Shown here: positions 1-12,717 of the stretch, in pieces
How the letters are laid out: each line of letters starts with the position of its first letter
Position numbering within the stretch: the stretch's first letter is position 1
From: Squalus acanthias
Lineage: Eukaryota
DNA: 54,709 nt
Direction of reading: 5' to 3'
NCBI GenBank assembly: GCA_030390025.1
Contig: CM059426.1
Span: 215,636,001 to 215,690,709 of the forward strand
Position numbers and translations under genes: made by a program
The notes under the pieces: model-generated
Told to the model about the DNA's origin: nothing
Seen by the model: only the letters and a program-made list of their open reading frames with translations
Database searches by the model: none

Positions 1-1029
1 GCATAAAAATCTATGAATTTCTCACCTAAAGCTCCAACATTGAGAATTAAACACCCATCTATATTTAAAAAATCTTAAATATAAATGTGCATTTCATGTA
101 AGCATCATACTCGCATCCTGCCTCACTTCAACTATCATACGTAATATCTCACCTTGAGCAATTCCACAGGATATCTGCTAGTATATCAATATATTTATTC
201 GGGACAACGTAATTAGTCTAATATGAAAACACGTTATTCTTCCTGTCTTTTGCTTGTATTGTGTTCCCTCTCCTTTCCATTTCTGTCCTTGTTTGACATC
301 AGCAAACCTGATTCCTCTCCTGGCGTTGGTGATCACAATGAAACGACAGAGCTACAGGCATCAGGAGGAGTGTGACACATGTCTACCTGTCTTTAAACAG
401 TCTCACTCAGGTGAAGCTACCGCTAGTAACTTTACATTGTTACTGAGCAGAATTAGGTAGCTCAAGATTACTCTCAAAACGAAAAGCATCCAGCAACATT
501 TTTCAGATGATAATCTCTGCCATTTTGCATCAATAGTACAACTCTGATCAAGTTTTATTTTGACATCAATTAATTAAAAGATTTTATCAAATGATTTGCG
601 AAGAAGAGAACATCATGATTGTTCTCCAAGGGATTTGGATCAATGCTGATGTGTCACGGAAACCTCTGACTGCGGTGTAATTAATCTTCCCATAACCTGC
701 TCCCATCAGTGCAATAATGAGGCCAATATCAGAAACTACCATATTAACCAGTATATAGGACATCTTTTATTAAACTGGGGGTGTGACCTACATGCAAATG
801 AGTTAGTACCTGTGCGGAGTGCTCAAGTTTTGAGTCAGCCTATTACCAATATATGTCAATAACTAACGCAGTAATCAGGAGTAATCTGCGGGGGTCACAG
901 AAAGTCTTTCACGGTCCATTACTCCCTTGAGGAGAAAGCAATTAGGTTGTGAAAAAGCAGCAAGGTTACAACTACAGTTTGGGTTTGGAATCCAAGTTCC
1001 GAGAAGCAGACAGTTGTCACTTACTTAAA

Positions 1030-1205
1030 TTCATTAGGAGACCAAACTGCCAAAACTGAAGTAGTTGAAGAAGAGATGGCATCTTTTAAGGGAAGAGTAG
1101 ATAAGAATTTGAAGCGGAGGAACTTACAGGAGAGAACAGGTAGTGGATTACCCGAGCAAAGAGCTGGCACAGGCACAATGGACCCAATTCATTCCTTCTG
1201 TACAG
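1030..1205 (+). mobile_element. Old degenerate CR1-like LINE 3' end remnant
   Basis: Weak resemblance to CR1 3' ends seen elsewhere in the window (gtagttgaag...tttaagggaagagtagataag...ggcacaatggac). Confidence 0.4.
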
Positions 1206-2050
1206 TGGTTCCAACAGTATCAAAATCACGGCTAGATCTGATCCAACCGAGTCCCTTAGACCGTGTTCGCTCCAGCTGGGTAGCTAATCTAGAGTAAATT
1301 TGACACCTTTGGAGTGAAAATAACTAGCACAACTTTGCTTCTGGGGAAAAATCTGTGTTCCTGCCATCCATCGGGGTAAATTCTCCAACGGGCTCTTTAG
1401 TACAATTTTCTGATGCTGCGCCTGATTAAGAACACGGAAGGAAATGAGGGCAAACATTTTCAGAGCTCAAGTACAGAGCACTGCCAAATGATTCATAAAT
1501 AGCTCATGATTATATTTTTTTGTTTAAACAGGTCAGAAACATGATCCTGACAATTATAGACCTGTTGTGTTAATATTCAGAATCCAGTGGTTCTCAAACG
1601 TTTTTGGACAAAGCACCATTTCAATTTTATTTGGACTAGGCCCCACCAAAACATTGCCGTCACCATCTCATGTCCCTCGAGCTAAAGATATGAGCACTTG
1701 TAAATCAGCTGAAGAAAGCACGTGTCTCTCTCCTTTGACTATTTCTTTCTCTCTCTCATATACGCCACTCTACAAAACTCAGAAAAGCTGACAAACAGAT
1801 TCAAACAAGCTGGAGCTGCCCCCGAAACACAGACAATTCAGAACATGACATTCAACAGCAAAACTGGCCTTGAATAAAGACCCGTGTCCAAGAGCACTGC
1901 TTCACTGACTTACATTCCTTTATATTTCATTGGATTTCAGGATTGTTATTAATATTTTGGAATCACATTCCACAATTCAGGTTGTTTTCCTGTGAAAAGT
2001 AAAACACAATGGTGTCACGTATGACATACAGAATGTCTACACGTATGACA

Positions 2051-2781
2051 TACCGCCTTCAGTGGGCCAGTGCAGCCTTCGGTTGCCTGAGGAAGAGAGT
2101 GTTTGAAGACCAGGACCTCAAACCCGGCACTAAGCTCATGATCTACAGAGCAGCAGTGATACCTACCCTCCTGTATGCCTCAGAGACATGGACCATTTAC
2201 AGCAGGCACCTCAAAGCACTGGAGAGGTACCAACAACGCTGCCTCCGCAAGATCCTGCAAATCCATTGGCAGGATAGGCGCACCAACGTCAGTGTTCTCG
2301 CTCAGGCCAACATCCCCAGCATTGAAGCTTTGACCACGCTCGATCAGCTCCGATGGACGGGTCACATCGTCCGCATGCCCGATACGAGACTCCCAAAACA
2401 AGCGCTCTACTCAGAGCTCCGACAAGGCAAGAGAGCCCCAGGTGGGCAGAGGAAACGCTTCAAGGACACCCTCAAAGCCTCCTTGAAAAAGTGCAACATC
2501 CCCACCGACACCTGGGAATCCCTGACCCAAGACTGCACAAAGTGGAGGAGCAGCATCTGGGAAGGCGCCGAATACCTCGAGTCTCTTCGACGGGAGCAAG
2601 CGGAAGCCAAGCGCACGTCAACCCAAGCACCCCACCCACCCGCCCCTTCAACCACCGTCTGCCCCACCTGTGACAGAGACTGTAGGTCCCGCATTGGACT
2701 CATCAGTCACCTGAGAACTCATTTTTAATGTGGAAGCAAGTCATTCTCGGTTCCGAGGGACTGCCTAAGAAGAAGAAGAAG
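2051..2781 (+). mobile_element. 5'-truncated RTE-clade (BovB-like) LINE, C-terminal part of ORF plus 3' tail
   Basis: ORF 2009..2728 has RTE C-terminal motifs (ASAAFGxL, LLYASETW, QLRWTGH, GGQRKRFKD) and a terminal C2H2 finger CPTC...HLRTH; a (GAA)n tail follows at ~2767-2781. Confidence 0.9.
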
Positions 2782-3484
2782 TTACAACGGGAGTGCAGTA
2801 GAACATGAGCTTGTCATGACTTAAGCTGAAGCCAGATCCGACATTTCAGAAGCTGCACTAAAAACACTAAAGTGCAATTCTTACATTAATGAATTTAGAC
2901 ATTTTTATGGGGGGGGATAAGCTCTGATGTGGGAATGTTCAATGCCCATTGTCGCCATTCCTCACCTGGTTAAACACAAGAAGCAAAACTACACAAACAA
3001 ATATACGCATTAACACACACACATATTGGGCCAGATGGACAATGGTTCTTTCTGGTCCTGGACATTCCTAAATGTACACACACCTGCTTACAAAAATCCT
3101 AGTTATAAGGACACTTTAAAAAGCATTTAACCACACAAGGACTATGGTGTCCAATTGTAGGAACCATACTTATGAAAGGTGTACAGGCAATGGAACTGAC
3201 TCAGAGAAAGGCCAAGGGTTTTCAATCACTGAGTTGAAGGGAGGCTAAAGGTTAGACAATGTGTAAGGGGGAAATCAAGCTTGTACAATAAGGTAGAAAA
3301 TGAGTCACGGTGAATGTAGAGAGATGTTTGTATAAGCCAGAAAGACTAGAGGTCAGGAAAGAAATAGACAATGTAAACTGAGGAGCAGGAATGAGTTTTA
3401 AGGTCAGGGACTGAATGAATAATCTGCTAGCTGGTGCAGCTAGTACTGGCACAGTTCAAACATTCAAAAGAGAAGTAGATGACA

Positions 3485-4299
3485 TGTGAAGTTATCCACT
3501 TCGGTTGGAAAAATAGGAAAGCAGAATAGTTTTAAAAGGTGAGAGACTGGGAAATATTGGTATTCAGAGGGACCTGGGCGTCCTTGTACACGAATCAGAA
3601 AGTTAGCATGCAGTTACAGCAAGCAATTAGGAAAGCAAATGGTATGTTAGCCATTATTACAAAAAGATTGGAGTATAAGAGTAAAGAAGTCTTACTGCAA
3701 TTGTACAGGGCCTTGGTGAGACCACACTTGGAGTACTGTGTACAGTTTTGGTCTCCTTACCAATGTTCCCTTTAATTTTTTTTGGGTGTGTGGCCCCTTT
3801 AATGGGTTGCACAGCCCATTCAAAATACCGCGCATGTGCTGTTTTCCCTATTTAAAAACCGTGAGCCGGCTGCGCGGGAGCTGCAGAGCTAAAGAGAGGC
3901 ATGTATATCTTTCCCGGATAAACACAAAAAGCAAAACTGCACAAACAAATGTCTGCATTAACACACACATATTGGGCCAGAGGGGGTGCAACAAAGGTTC
4001 ACCAGACTGATTCCTGGGAGGATTGTCCTATAAGGAGAGATTGAGTAGACTAGGTCTATATTCTCGAGTTTAGAAGAATGAGAGGTGATCTAATTGAAAC
4101 ATATAAGATTCTGAGGGGGATTGACAGGGTAGATGCTGAGAGGTTGTTTCCCCCGGCTGGAGAGTCTAGAACTAGGGGGCATAGTCTCAGGATTAGGAAT
4201 CGGCCATTTAGGACTGAGATGAGGAAAAATTACTTCACTCAAAGGGTTGTGAATCTTTGGAATTCTCAGTCATTGAGTATATTCAAGGCTGAGATAGAT
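3485..4299 (+). mobile_element. CR1 LINE fragment 'O', 5' portion (outer host of the nested cluster), interrupted at ~3761-3981
   Basis: ORF2 C-terminal motifs LVRPHLEYCVQFWSP, RGDLIETYKI, RTRGH. It breaks at FKAEID and the continuation (FLDSRGIKGYG) is at ~18691. Confidence 0.8.
3761..3905. mobile_element. Degenerate MITE copy related to the element at 52435
   Basis: Starts caatgttccc(tttaa) and contains ataccgcgcatg, both shared with 52435-52601; right TIR decayed. Confidence 0.55.
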
Positions 4300-4397
4300 G
4301 TTTAAGGAGGGTTCAAGTGAAGGGGAATTTAGAAAGTCAAAGAGAAAAGAAAAGGTAATAGTGAAGGGTAACGATAGGGGTAATGAGAACCAGAGTG

Positions 4398-5365
4398 GTT
4401 CTAGACGAGGGAACTAGATGTAATATCTCCAAGTTTGCAGACGACACAAAGCTGGGTGGGCGTGTGTGCTGTGAGGAGGATGCAGAGAAACTCTAGTATG
4501 ATTTGGACAGGTTGGGTGATTGGGCAGATGCATGGCAAATGCAGTATAATGTGGATAAATGCGAGGTTATCCACTTCGGTGGCAAAAACAAGAAGACAGA
4601 TTTTTATCTGAACGGCAATAGATTGGGAAAAGGGGAAGTGCAACGAGACCTGGGTGTCCTTGTGCACCAGTCGCTGAAGGTAAGCATGCAGGTGCAGCAA
4701 GTGGTTAAGAAGGCAAATGGTATGTTGGCCTTCATAGCGAGAGGATTCGAGTACAGGAGCAAGGATGTCTTGCTGCAGTTGTACAGGGCCTTGGTGAGAC
4801 CATACCTTGAGTATTGTGTGCAGTTTTGGTCACCTTATCTGAGGAAGGATGTTCTTGCCATGGAGGGAGTGCAGCGAAGATTCACCAGACTGATACCTGG
4901 GATGGCAGGAATGACGTATAAGGAGAGATTGGGTCGATTAGGCTTATATTCGTTAGAGTTTAGAAGAATGAGAGGGGATCTCATTGAAACTTATAAAATT
5001 CTAACAGGACTAGACATACTAGAAGCATGAAGGATGTTCCCGATGGCGGGGGAGTCCAGAACCAGGGGTCACAGTCTAAGGATAAGGGGTAAGCCATTTA
5101 GGACTGAGATGAGGAGAAATTTCTTCACCCAGAGAGTGGTGAACCTGTGGAATTCTCTACCACAGAAGGCAGTTGAGGCCAACTCATTAAATATATTCAA
5201 GAAGGAGTTAGATATATTTCTTACGGCTAAAGGGATCAAGGGATATGGGGAGAAAGCAGGGACAGGGTACTGAATTTGGATGATCAGCCATGATCTCGTT
5301 AAATGGCGGAACAGGCTCGAGGGGCCGAATGGCCTACTCCTGCTCCTATCTTCTATGTTTCTATG
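4398..5365 (+). mobile_element. 5'-truncated CR1 LINE (E-like subfamily) inserted in CR1 'A'
   Basis: FADDTKLGG through EKAGTGY* with two nonsense changes; 3' tail ttctatgtttctatg; gagtg on both sides may be a TSD. Confidence 0.9.
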
Positions 5366-6675
5366 AGTGTGACAGGAAGAGACAGAGCATACAAACTTAA
5401 GAGTGCACCAGCAAATAGAGTCAGAGTAGAGAAAAATGGTAAAAAGACAAAATGAAAGGCTCTTTATCTGAATGCACGCAGCATTCGTAACAAGATAAAT
5501 GAGTTGAAGGCACAAATAGAAATAAATGGGTATGATCTGATAGCCATTACAGAGACGTGGTTGCAAGGTTACCAAGGCTGGGAACTGAATATTCAGGGGT
5601 ATTTGACATTTCGGAAGGATAGACAGAAAGGAAAAGGAGATGGGGTAGCTCTGTTAATAAAGGATGAGATCAGTGCAGTGGTGAGAATTGATATTGGCTC
5701 AGAAGATCAAGATGTAGAATCAGTTTGGGTGGAGATAAGAAATAGTATGGGAAAGAAGTCACTGGTGGGAGTAGTCTATAGACCCCCTAACAGTAGCTAC
5801 ACTGTAGGACAGAGTATAAATCAAGAAATAATGGGGCTTGTAAGAAAGGTACTGCAATAATTGTGGGCAATTTTAATCTTCATATAGATTGGACAAATCA
5901 AATTGGCAAGGGTAGCCTTGAGGACAAGTTCATAGAATGTATTCGGGATGGTTTCTTAGAACAATACGTTGTGGAACCAACCAGGGAGCAGGCTATTTTA
6001 GATCTGGTAATGTGTAATGAGACAGGATTAATTAACGATCTCATAGCAAAGGATCCTCTAGGGAAGAGTGATCATAGCATGATTGAGTTTCAAATTTAGT
6101 TTGAGGGTGAGAAACTTCTGTCTGAAACTAGTGTCCTAAACTTAAATAAAGGCAATTACAAGGGTATGAAGACAGAGTTGGCTAAAGTGGACTGGGAAAA
6201 TAGATGAAAGGGTAAGTCGGTAGATAAGCAGTGGCAGACATTTAAGGAGATATTTCATAACTCTCGGCAAAGGTTTATTCCAGTGAGAAGGAAAGACTGT
6301 ACGAGAAGGAAGAACCATCCGTGGCTAACTAAGGAAGTTAAGGAGGGTGTCAAATTGAAGGAAAAGGCATACAATGTTGCAAAGATTATTGGTAGGCCAG
6401 AAGATTGGGAAATTTTTAGAAACCAGCAACGGATGACTAAAAAAATAATAAAGAAGATGATAGATTATGAGAGTAAACTAGCTAAAAATATAAAAACTGA
6501 CAGTAAGAGCTTCTACAGGTATATAAAAAGGAAGAGAGTAGCTAAAGTAAATGTTGGCCCCATAGAGGATGAGACTGGGAATTAATAATGGGAAACAGGG
6601 AAATGGCAGAGACTTTGAACAAATACTTTGTATCAGTCTTCATGGTAGAAGACACTAAAAGCATTCCAATAATAA

Positions 6676-8742
6676 CATAGAAACATAGAAGATAGGAGCA
6701 GGAGTAGGCCATTCGGCCCCTCGAGCCTGCTCCGCCATTCGATGAGATCATGGCTGATCATCCAAACTCAGTACCCTGTCCCTGCCTTCTCTCCATATCC
6801 CTTGATATCTTTAGCCTTAAGAAATATATCTAACTCCTTCTTGAATATATTTACTGACTTGGCCTCAACTGCCTTCTGTGGTAGAGAATTCCACAGGTTC
6901 ACCACTCTCTGGGTGAAGAAATTCCTCCTCATCTCTGTCCTAAATGGCTTACTCCTTATCCTTAGACTGTGACCTCTTGTTCTAGACTCACCCGCCATCA
7001 GGAACATCCTTCCTGCATCCAGTCTGTCTAGCCCTGTTAGAATTTTATAAGTTTCAATGAGATCCCCTCTCATTCTTCTAAACTCCAGCGAGTATAAGCC
7101 CAATCGACCCAATCTCTCCTCGTACGTCATTCCTGCCATCCCAGGTATCAGTCTGGTGAATCTTCGTTGCACACCCTCCATGGCAAGAACATCCATCCTC
7201 AGATAAGGCGACCAAAACTGCACACAATACTCAAGGTGTGGTCTCACCAAGGCCCTGTACAGCTGCAGCAAGACGTCCTTGTTCCTGTACTCAAACCCTC
7301 TCGCTACGAAGGCCAACATACCATTTGCCTTCTTAACCGCCTGCTGTACCTGCATGCTTACCTTCAGCGACTGGTGCACAAGGACACCCAGGTCTCGTTG
7401 CACTTCCCCTTCTCCCAATCTATTGCTGTTCAGATAATAATCTGTCTTTCTGTTTTTGCCACCAAAGTGGATAACCTCGCATTTATCCACATTATACTGC
7501 ATCTGCCATGCTTCTGCCCAATCACCCAACCTGTCCAAATCATACTGGAATTTCTCGGCATCCTCCTCGCAGCACACACGCCCACCCAGCTTTGTGTCAT
7601 CTGCAAACTTAGAGATATTACATCTAGTTCCCTCGTCTAGATCATTAATATATATAGTGAATAGCTGGGGTCCTAGGACCGATCCCTGCTGAACCCCACT
7701 AGTCACTGCCTGCCACTCGGAAAAAGACCCGTTTATTCCAACTCTTTGCTTCCTGTCTGCCAACCAGTTCTCTATCCAAGTCAGTACCTTGCCCCCAATC
7801 CCACGTGCCTTAACTTTACACGCTAATCTCTTATGCGGGACCTTATCGAAAGCCTTCTGAAAGTCCAAATACACCACATCCACTGGTTCTCCCTTATCTA
7901 TTCTATCAGTTACATCCTCAAAAAATTCCAGTAGATTAGTCAAGCACGATTTACCTTTTGTAAATCCATGTTGACTTTGTCCAATCCTGTCACTGTTTTC
8001 CATCTTTTATAATGGACTCTAGCATTTTCCCCACAACCGATGTCAGGCTTACTGGTCTATAATTCCCCGTTTTTTCTTTACCACCTTTTTTGAACAGTGG
8101 GGTAACATTAGCTACCCTCCAATCCATGAGAACTGTTCCAGAGTCTATAGAATTTTGGAAGATGACCAGCAATGCATCTACTATTTCTAGGGCCACTTCC
8201 TTAAGTACCCTAGGATGTAGATTATCAGGCCCTGGGGATTTATCGGCCTTTAATGCCATCAATTTCCCTAACACCATTTCTCTACAAATACTGATTTCAT
8301 TCAGTTCCTCCCTCTCATTAGACCCTATGTTCCCTGACATCTCTGGGAGGTTATTTGTGTTCTCCTTTGTGAAGACAGAGCCAAAGTATGTATTTAATTG
8401 GTCTGCCATTTCTTTGTTCCCCATTATAAATTCCCCTGATTCTGACTGCAAGGGACCTACGCTTGACTTCACCAATCTTTTTCTCTTCACATATTTATAA
8501 AAGCTTTTACAGTCAGTTTTTATGTTCCCTGCAAGCTTACGCTCGTACTCTATTTCCCCCCTCTTAATTAATCCCTTTGTCCTCCTTTGCTGAATCCCAA
8601 ACTGCTCTCAATCCTCAGGTTTACTGCTTTTTCTGGCCAATTTATATGTCCTCTCCTTGGATCTTATGCTATCCCTGATTTCCCTTGTCAGCCATGGTTG
8701 AGTCACCTTTTTTGTTTTATTTTTATGCCAGACAGGGATGAA
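6676..8742 (-). mobile_element. 5'-truncated CR1 LINE (E-like subfamily) inserted antisense in CR1 'A'
   Basis: ORFs 7990..8490 and 6768..8003 encode CR1 RT (QGSVLGP, FADD) through EKAGTGY*; tail catagaaacatagaag at 6676. Confidence 0.95.
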
Positions 8743-9478
8743 CAAATTGATAATCAAGGGGCTAAAGGGAGGGAGGAACTTAAAACAATCACTATCACTG
8801 GAGAAAAAGTACTAGGCAAACTAATGGGACTAAATCCTGACAAGTCCCCTAGACCTGATGACCTGCATCCCAGGGTTTTAAAAGAAGTGGCTGCAGAGAT
8901 AGTGGATGCGTTGGTTGTAATCTACCAAAATTCCCTGGATTCTGGAGAGGTCCCAGCGAATTGGAAAACCGGAAATGTAACTCCCCTATTCAAGAAAGTA
9001 GGGAGACAGAAAGCAGGAAACTATAGGCCAGTTAGCCTAACATCTGTCATTGGGAAAATGCTGGAATCCATTATTAAGGAAGTAATAGCAGGACATTTAG
9101 AAAATCATAATACAATCAAGCAGAGTCAACATGATTTTATGAAAGGCAAATCGTGTTTGACAAATTTACTAGAGTTCTTTGAGGATGTAACGACCAGGGT
9201 GGATAAAGAGGAACCAGTAGATGTAGTATATTTGAATTTCCAGGAGGCATTCGATAAGGTGCCGTATAAAAGGTTACTGCACAAGATAAGAGCTCACGGT
9301 GTTGGGGGGAATATATTAGATTGGATAGAGGATTGGCTAACTGACAGAAAACAGAGAGTCGGAATAAATGGGTAATTTTCAGGTTGGCAAACTGTAACTA
9401 GTGGGGTGCCGCAGGGATCAGTGCTGGGGACTCAACTATTTACAATCTATATTAAAGACTTGGATGAAGGGACCAAGT

Positions 9479-10738
9479 GTACTGTGGGTTCCGCCAAGAA
9501 CACTTGGCTCCCAACCTCATTACAGCCTTGGTCCAAACATGGACAAAGGAGCTGAACTCCAGAGGTGAGGTGAGAGTGACTGCCCTTGACATCAAGGCAG
9601 TATTTGACCGAGTATGGCATCAAGGAGCCCTAGTAAAACTGAAGTCAATGGGAATCGGGGAAAACGCTCCACTGGCTGGAGTCATACCTAGCACAAAGGT
9701 AGATGGTTGTGGTGGTTGAAGATCAATCATCACAGCCTGAGGACATCGCTGCAGGAGTTCCTCAGGGCAGTGTCCTAGGCCCAACCATCTTCAGCTGCTT
9801 CATCAATGACCTTCCCTCCAACATAAGGTCAGAAATGGGGATGTTCGCCGATGACTGCACAGTGTTCAGCGCCATTCACAACTCCTCAGATAATGAAGCA
9901 GTCCATGCCCGCATGCAACAAGACCTGGACGACGTTCAGGCTTGGGCTGATAAGTGGCAGGTAACATTCGCGCCACAGAAGTGCCAGGCAATGACTATCT
10001 CCAACAAGCGAGAGTCTAACCACCTCCCCTTGACATTCAACAGCATTACCATTGCCGAATCCCCCACCATCAACATGCTGGGGGGTCACCATTGACCAGA
10101 AACTTGACCGGACCAGCTATGGCAACAAGAGCAGGTCAGAGGCTAGGTATTCTGCGGCGAGTGTCTCACCTCCTGACTCCCCAAAGCATTTCTACCATCT
10201 ACAAGCCACAGGTAAGGAGCGTGATGGAATACTCTCCACTTGCCCGGATGACTGCAGCTCCAACAACACTCAAGAAGCTCGACACCATCCAAGACAAAGC
10301 AGCCCACTTGATTGGCACCCCATCCACCACCTTAAACATTCACTCCCTCCACCACCGGTGTACCGTGGCTGCAGTATGTACCATCTACAAGATGCACTGC
10401 AGCAACTCGCCAAGGCTTCTTCGGCAGCACCTCCCAAACCCACGACCTCTTCCACCTAGAAGGACAAGGGCAGCAGGCGCATGGGAACACCATCACCTCC
10501 AAGTTCCCATCCAAGTTACACACCATCCTGACTTAGAAGTATATCGCCGATCCTTCATCGTTGCTGGGTCAAAATCCTGGAACTCCCTTCCTAACAGCAC
10601 TGTGGGAGTACCTTCACCACACGGGTTGCAGCAGTTCAAGAAGGCGGCTCACCACCACCTTCTCAAGGGCAATTAGGGATGGGCAATAAATGCTGGCCTT
10701 GCCAGCAACGCGCACATCCAATAACAAATAAAAAACAA
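9479..10738 (+). mobile_element. 5'-truncated LINE 'B' (CR1/L2-group, distinct family), RT and 3' end
   Basis: [34 protein letters not shown] motifs; 3' end with AATAAA and A-rich tail aataacaaataaaaaacaa. Confidence 0.85.
10519..10738 (+). repeat. 220-bp direct repeat, left copy (LINE B 3' end)
   Basis: Matches 18127-18346 with one visible mismatch (acgggttg vs acaggttg). Confidence 0.95.
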
Positions 10739-10892
10739 TTCGAAACTGAATTTTTGTTAGTTCGTTGATGACTGCCACCATGACTGACGTATTGTAATAA
10801 AGTTTACCTGAAGTTACCACCGGACTCAGAATCTTATTTGTAAGCGTCGACCTGGTGTATCACTTGGTCTGCAGAAACAATGAGGTCTTACA
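10738..10892 (+). repeat. Truncated 5' LTR (155 bp, roughly R-U5)
   Basis: Identical to 17972-18126 except ggtctgcag vs ggtccgcag; ends in ...CTTACA; contains AATAAA at 10796. Confidence 0.95.
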
Positions 10893-10895
10893 ATT

Positions 10896-10913
10896 TGGCG
10901 TAGTCGGCAGGAT
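10896..10913 (+). promoter_or_regulatory. Primer-binding site complementary to tRNA-Ser 3' end
   Basis: TGGCGTAGTCGGCAGGAT is the reverse complement of the vertebrate tRNA-Ser end ATCCTGCCGACTACG+CCA; it lies 3 nt after the LTR. Confidence 0.9.
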
Positions 10914-10966
10914 CGCTGAAGGAACAGAAGATTAAGCCCTGGACACCGGACCTACATCGGCCTACG

Positions 10967-10975
10967 GAGGTAAGG
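10967..10975 (+). promoter_or_regulatory. Candidate major splice donor of the ERV leader
   Basis: GAG|GTAAGG between PBS and gag, the usual position for the env mRNA donor. Confidence 0.55.
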
Positions 10976-11165
10976 ACTCCTCTCTTATAAAAAGTCCGCG
11001 GTCGGTTGTCTACGTTTGTCTTTCCTCCACGCGATTCCGAATCTCTCCGGTTGGTAGACGGCTCGAGGTCCCATATAGAGCTCTAACTTCGGCGGTATTA
11101 TTTAACTAATTACCGACCCGGCTGAAAAGCCTACGACTCGAGACCCCAGTAAAGAAATCGGTATT

Positions 11166-12717
11166 ATGGCAGAAGATAAGAGCAAAGAATTGCCTACAAC
11201 TGTTAAAGGCGGGCGGGCCCCACCTCCGATTTCGGAAGGCGAAATTCTCCGACAGTTGAAAGAATATATAGAGCAACAATTTGACTTACCCAAAGCCTGT
11301 GCTGAGATCGAACAAAAATATGGTACCTCCAAGGGACCGTGGTCCTTGGAAGATATAAAAAGGGTCTGGGGAAAAACGACCCGTATGAAGGATAAAAAAC
11401 GAACCCGCTGGTCCCTAGCAGTCATGGGCCAGATCCGACAGCGAAGTGAAACTATGATGCACTCCCAACATAACCGTGATTTGACTAGTGCAAAAGAACA
11501 AAAAGACGCGATTTATGAACGGTTGAAAAAGGAAAAAGTTAAATCGGAAAAGTTAGAAACTAAAATTAAGGAATTGAAAAAAACAACTGCATGAAAAACC
11601 GGTAGCACCGTCTGAAGAATCCAAAGGAAAATGTGCCGGGTCCTGGCTGGGGTATCCCAGTCTGAATCAGATAAAGGAGGAGCAGAGGCGCGAAGCTGAT
11701 TTAGAAACAGATTCTGAGCCCTCTAGCGACTCTAGTGGAGAAAGTGGTACTGATGCGGAACCTCCTCGGGCGCGGCTCGTCCCATTGAAGAGAAAACGAG
11801 TAAAGATTAAGTCTGAAGAGAATACCGCCGAGAATGGTGCAAAGACAAAAACGAACCAATACACCCAAAATTACTATCACGACCTGGCGGATCCAGAAAA
11901 AATTGATAAGTGGTCGAAAGAACTGCCACACCCCAAGAGAGGGGGAATGAAGACATGGGAACAACTGGAACGTCTAAAAGGCATTTACCATCTCCACCCA
12001 TGGGATGGGGTCCAAATTCTGACCGTGATGGTACCTAGACGAGAGGGAAAGAAACTGGATAGAAAGGTAAGAAGTGCCCTTGGCGAGGACGAACAAGGAT
12101 TAGATGCCGGATGGGACGCGATCAAACAATGGTTACAGGTATTCAGCCCTGCAAAAACGGATTGGGGAAAGATTACAGCCTGTCAGCAAAAAGGGACGGA
12201 AGAAGTGTTAGAGTACGACGAAAGATTTAAAACTGTCTGGTTGGAACACTCGGGAATAAACACCGAGGGTGGACATGAGGGAATAGATGATAGCGACCTT
12301 GGACCCTTGAAGGCTGCCTTTGTTGCCGGTCTAAAACTGGAATTGTCAAAGATGCTGAAAATGACTCTACCGGAGTGGGAGGGCCCAGGAACAAAATATG
12401 CAGTAATAGTAGATAAGTGCAATCAACTAGACAGGGACATGGGAGCTAAAGTCCGAGCCCTGCAGGCGACAGAATGGAAATCCAAGAATCCTGACAAGCA
12501 GTCATCAGGGAAACTACCTGGAAAATGCCACTACTGTGGAAAGGAAGGTCACTGGGCTAAAACGTGCAGGGCAAAACAAGGAAGAGGACGGGGAGGATAC
12601 CATCCAAACTGGAAACCCGGCCCATCATCAGAGGGTGACGACCTCTTGCAGAGATTTAAGCAGCTTACATATGAGCAACAAGAGGAGTTACTCAAATTAC
12701 CTGTAGCAAAAAACTAG
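11166..12717 (+). pseudogene. gag: Retroviral Gag, one frameshift (extra A in the A-run ~11577-11583)
   Basis: Removing one A joins ORFs 11166..11594 and 11785..12717 through an open linker containing YPSL; MHR-like QQKGTEEVLEYDERF; single CCHC knuckle CHYCGKEGHWAKTC. Confidence 0.9.

Larger units (their letters stand above)
4300..9478 (+). mobile_element. CR1 LINE 'A' (ORF2 APE endonuclease + RT, decayed), in pieces 4300-4397, 5364-6675, 8743-9478
   Basis: ORF fragments 5504..5860, 5863..6099, 6283..6585 and 8743..9375 carry APE motifs (YLNARS, ITETW, YRPP, SDH) and RT motifs (NYRPVSLTS, AFDKV); the reading continues across two insertions. Confidence 0.9.

Noticed and set aside
20-420. Possible small exons (minus-strand gtgaga donors near 25 and 152; plus-strand polypyrimidine tract at 240-300)
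   Set aside because: Signals conflict between strands and no frame is recognisable; too weak to call.
1585-1890. hAT/Charlie-like terminus CAGTGGTTCTCAAAC as a complete DNA transposon
   Set aside because: No convincing matching TIR or 8-bp TSD found; at most an old remnant.
2016-2052. cacgtatgacata duplication as the TSD of the RTE element
   Set aside because: Both copies are on the 5' side; none follows the (GAA)n tail.
7167-8500. Antisense ORFs over CR1 ORF2 (also 22589..23077, 27951..28457, 44828..45328, 51161..51664)
   Set aside because: Shadow ORFs of LINE coding sequence with no recognisable domains.
12715-12717. Amber readthrough of the gag TAG as in gammaretroviruses
   Set aside because: The protease frame is -1 relative to gag, not in frame.
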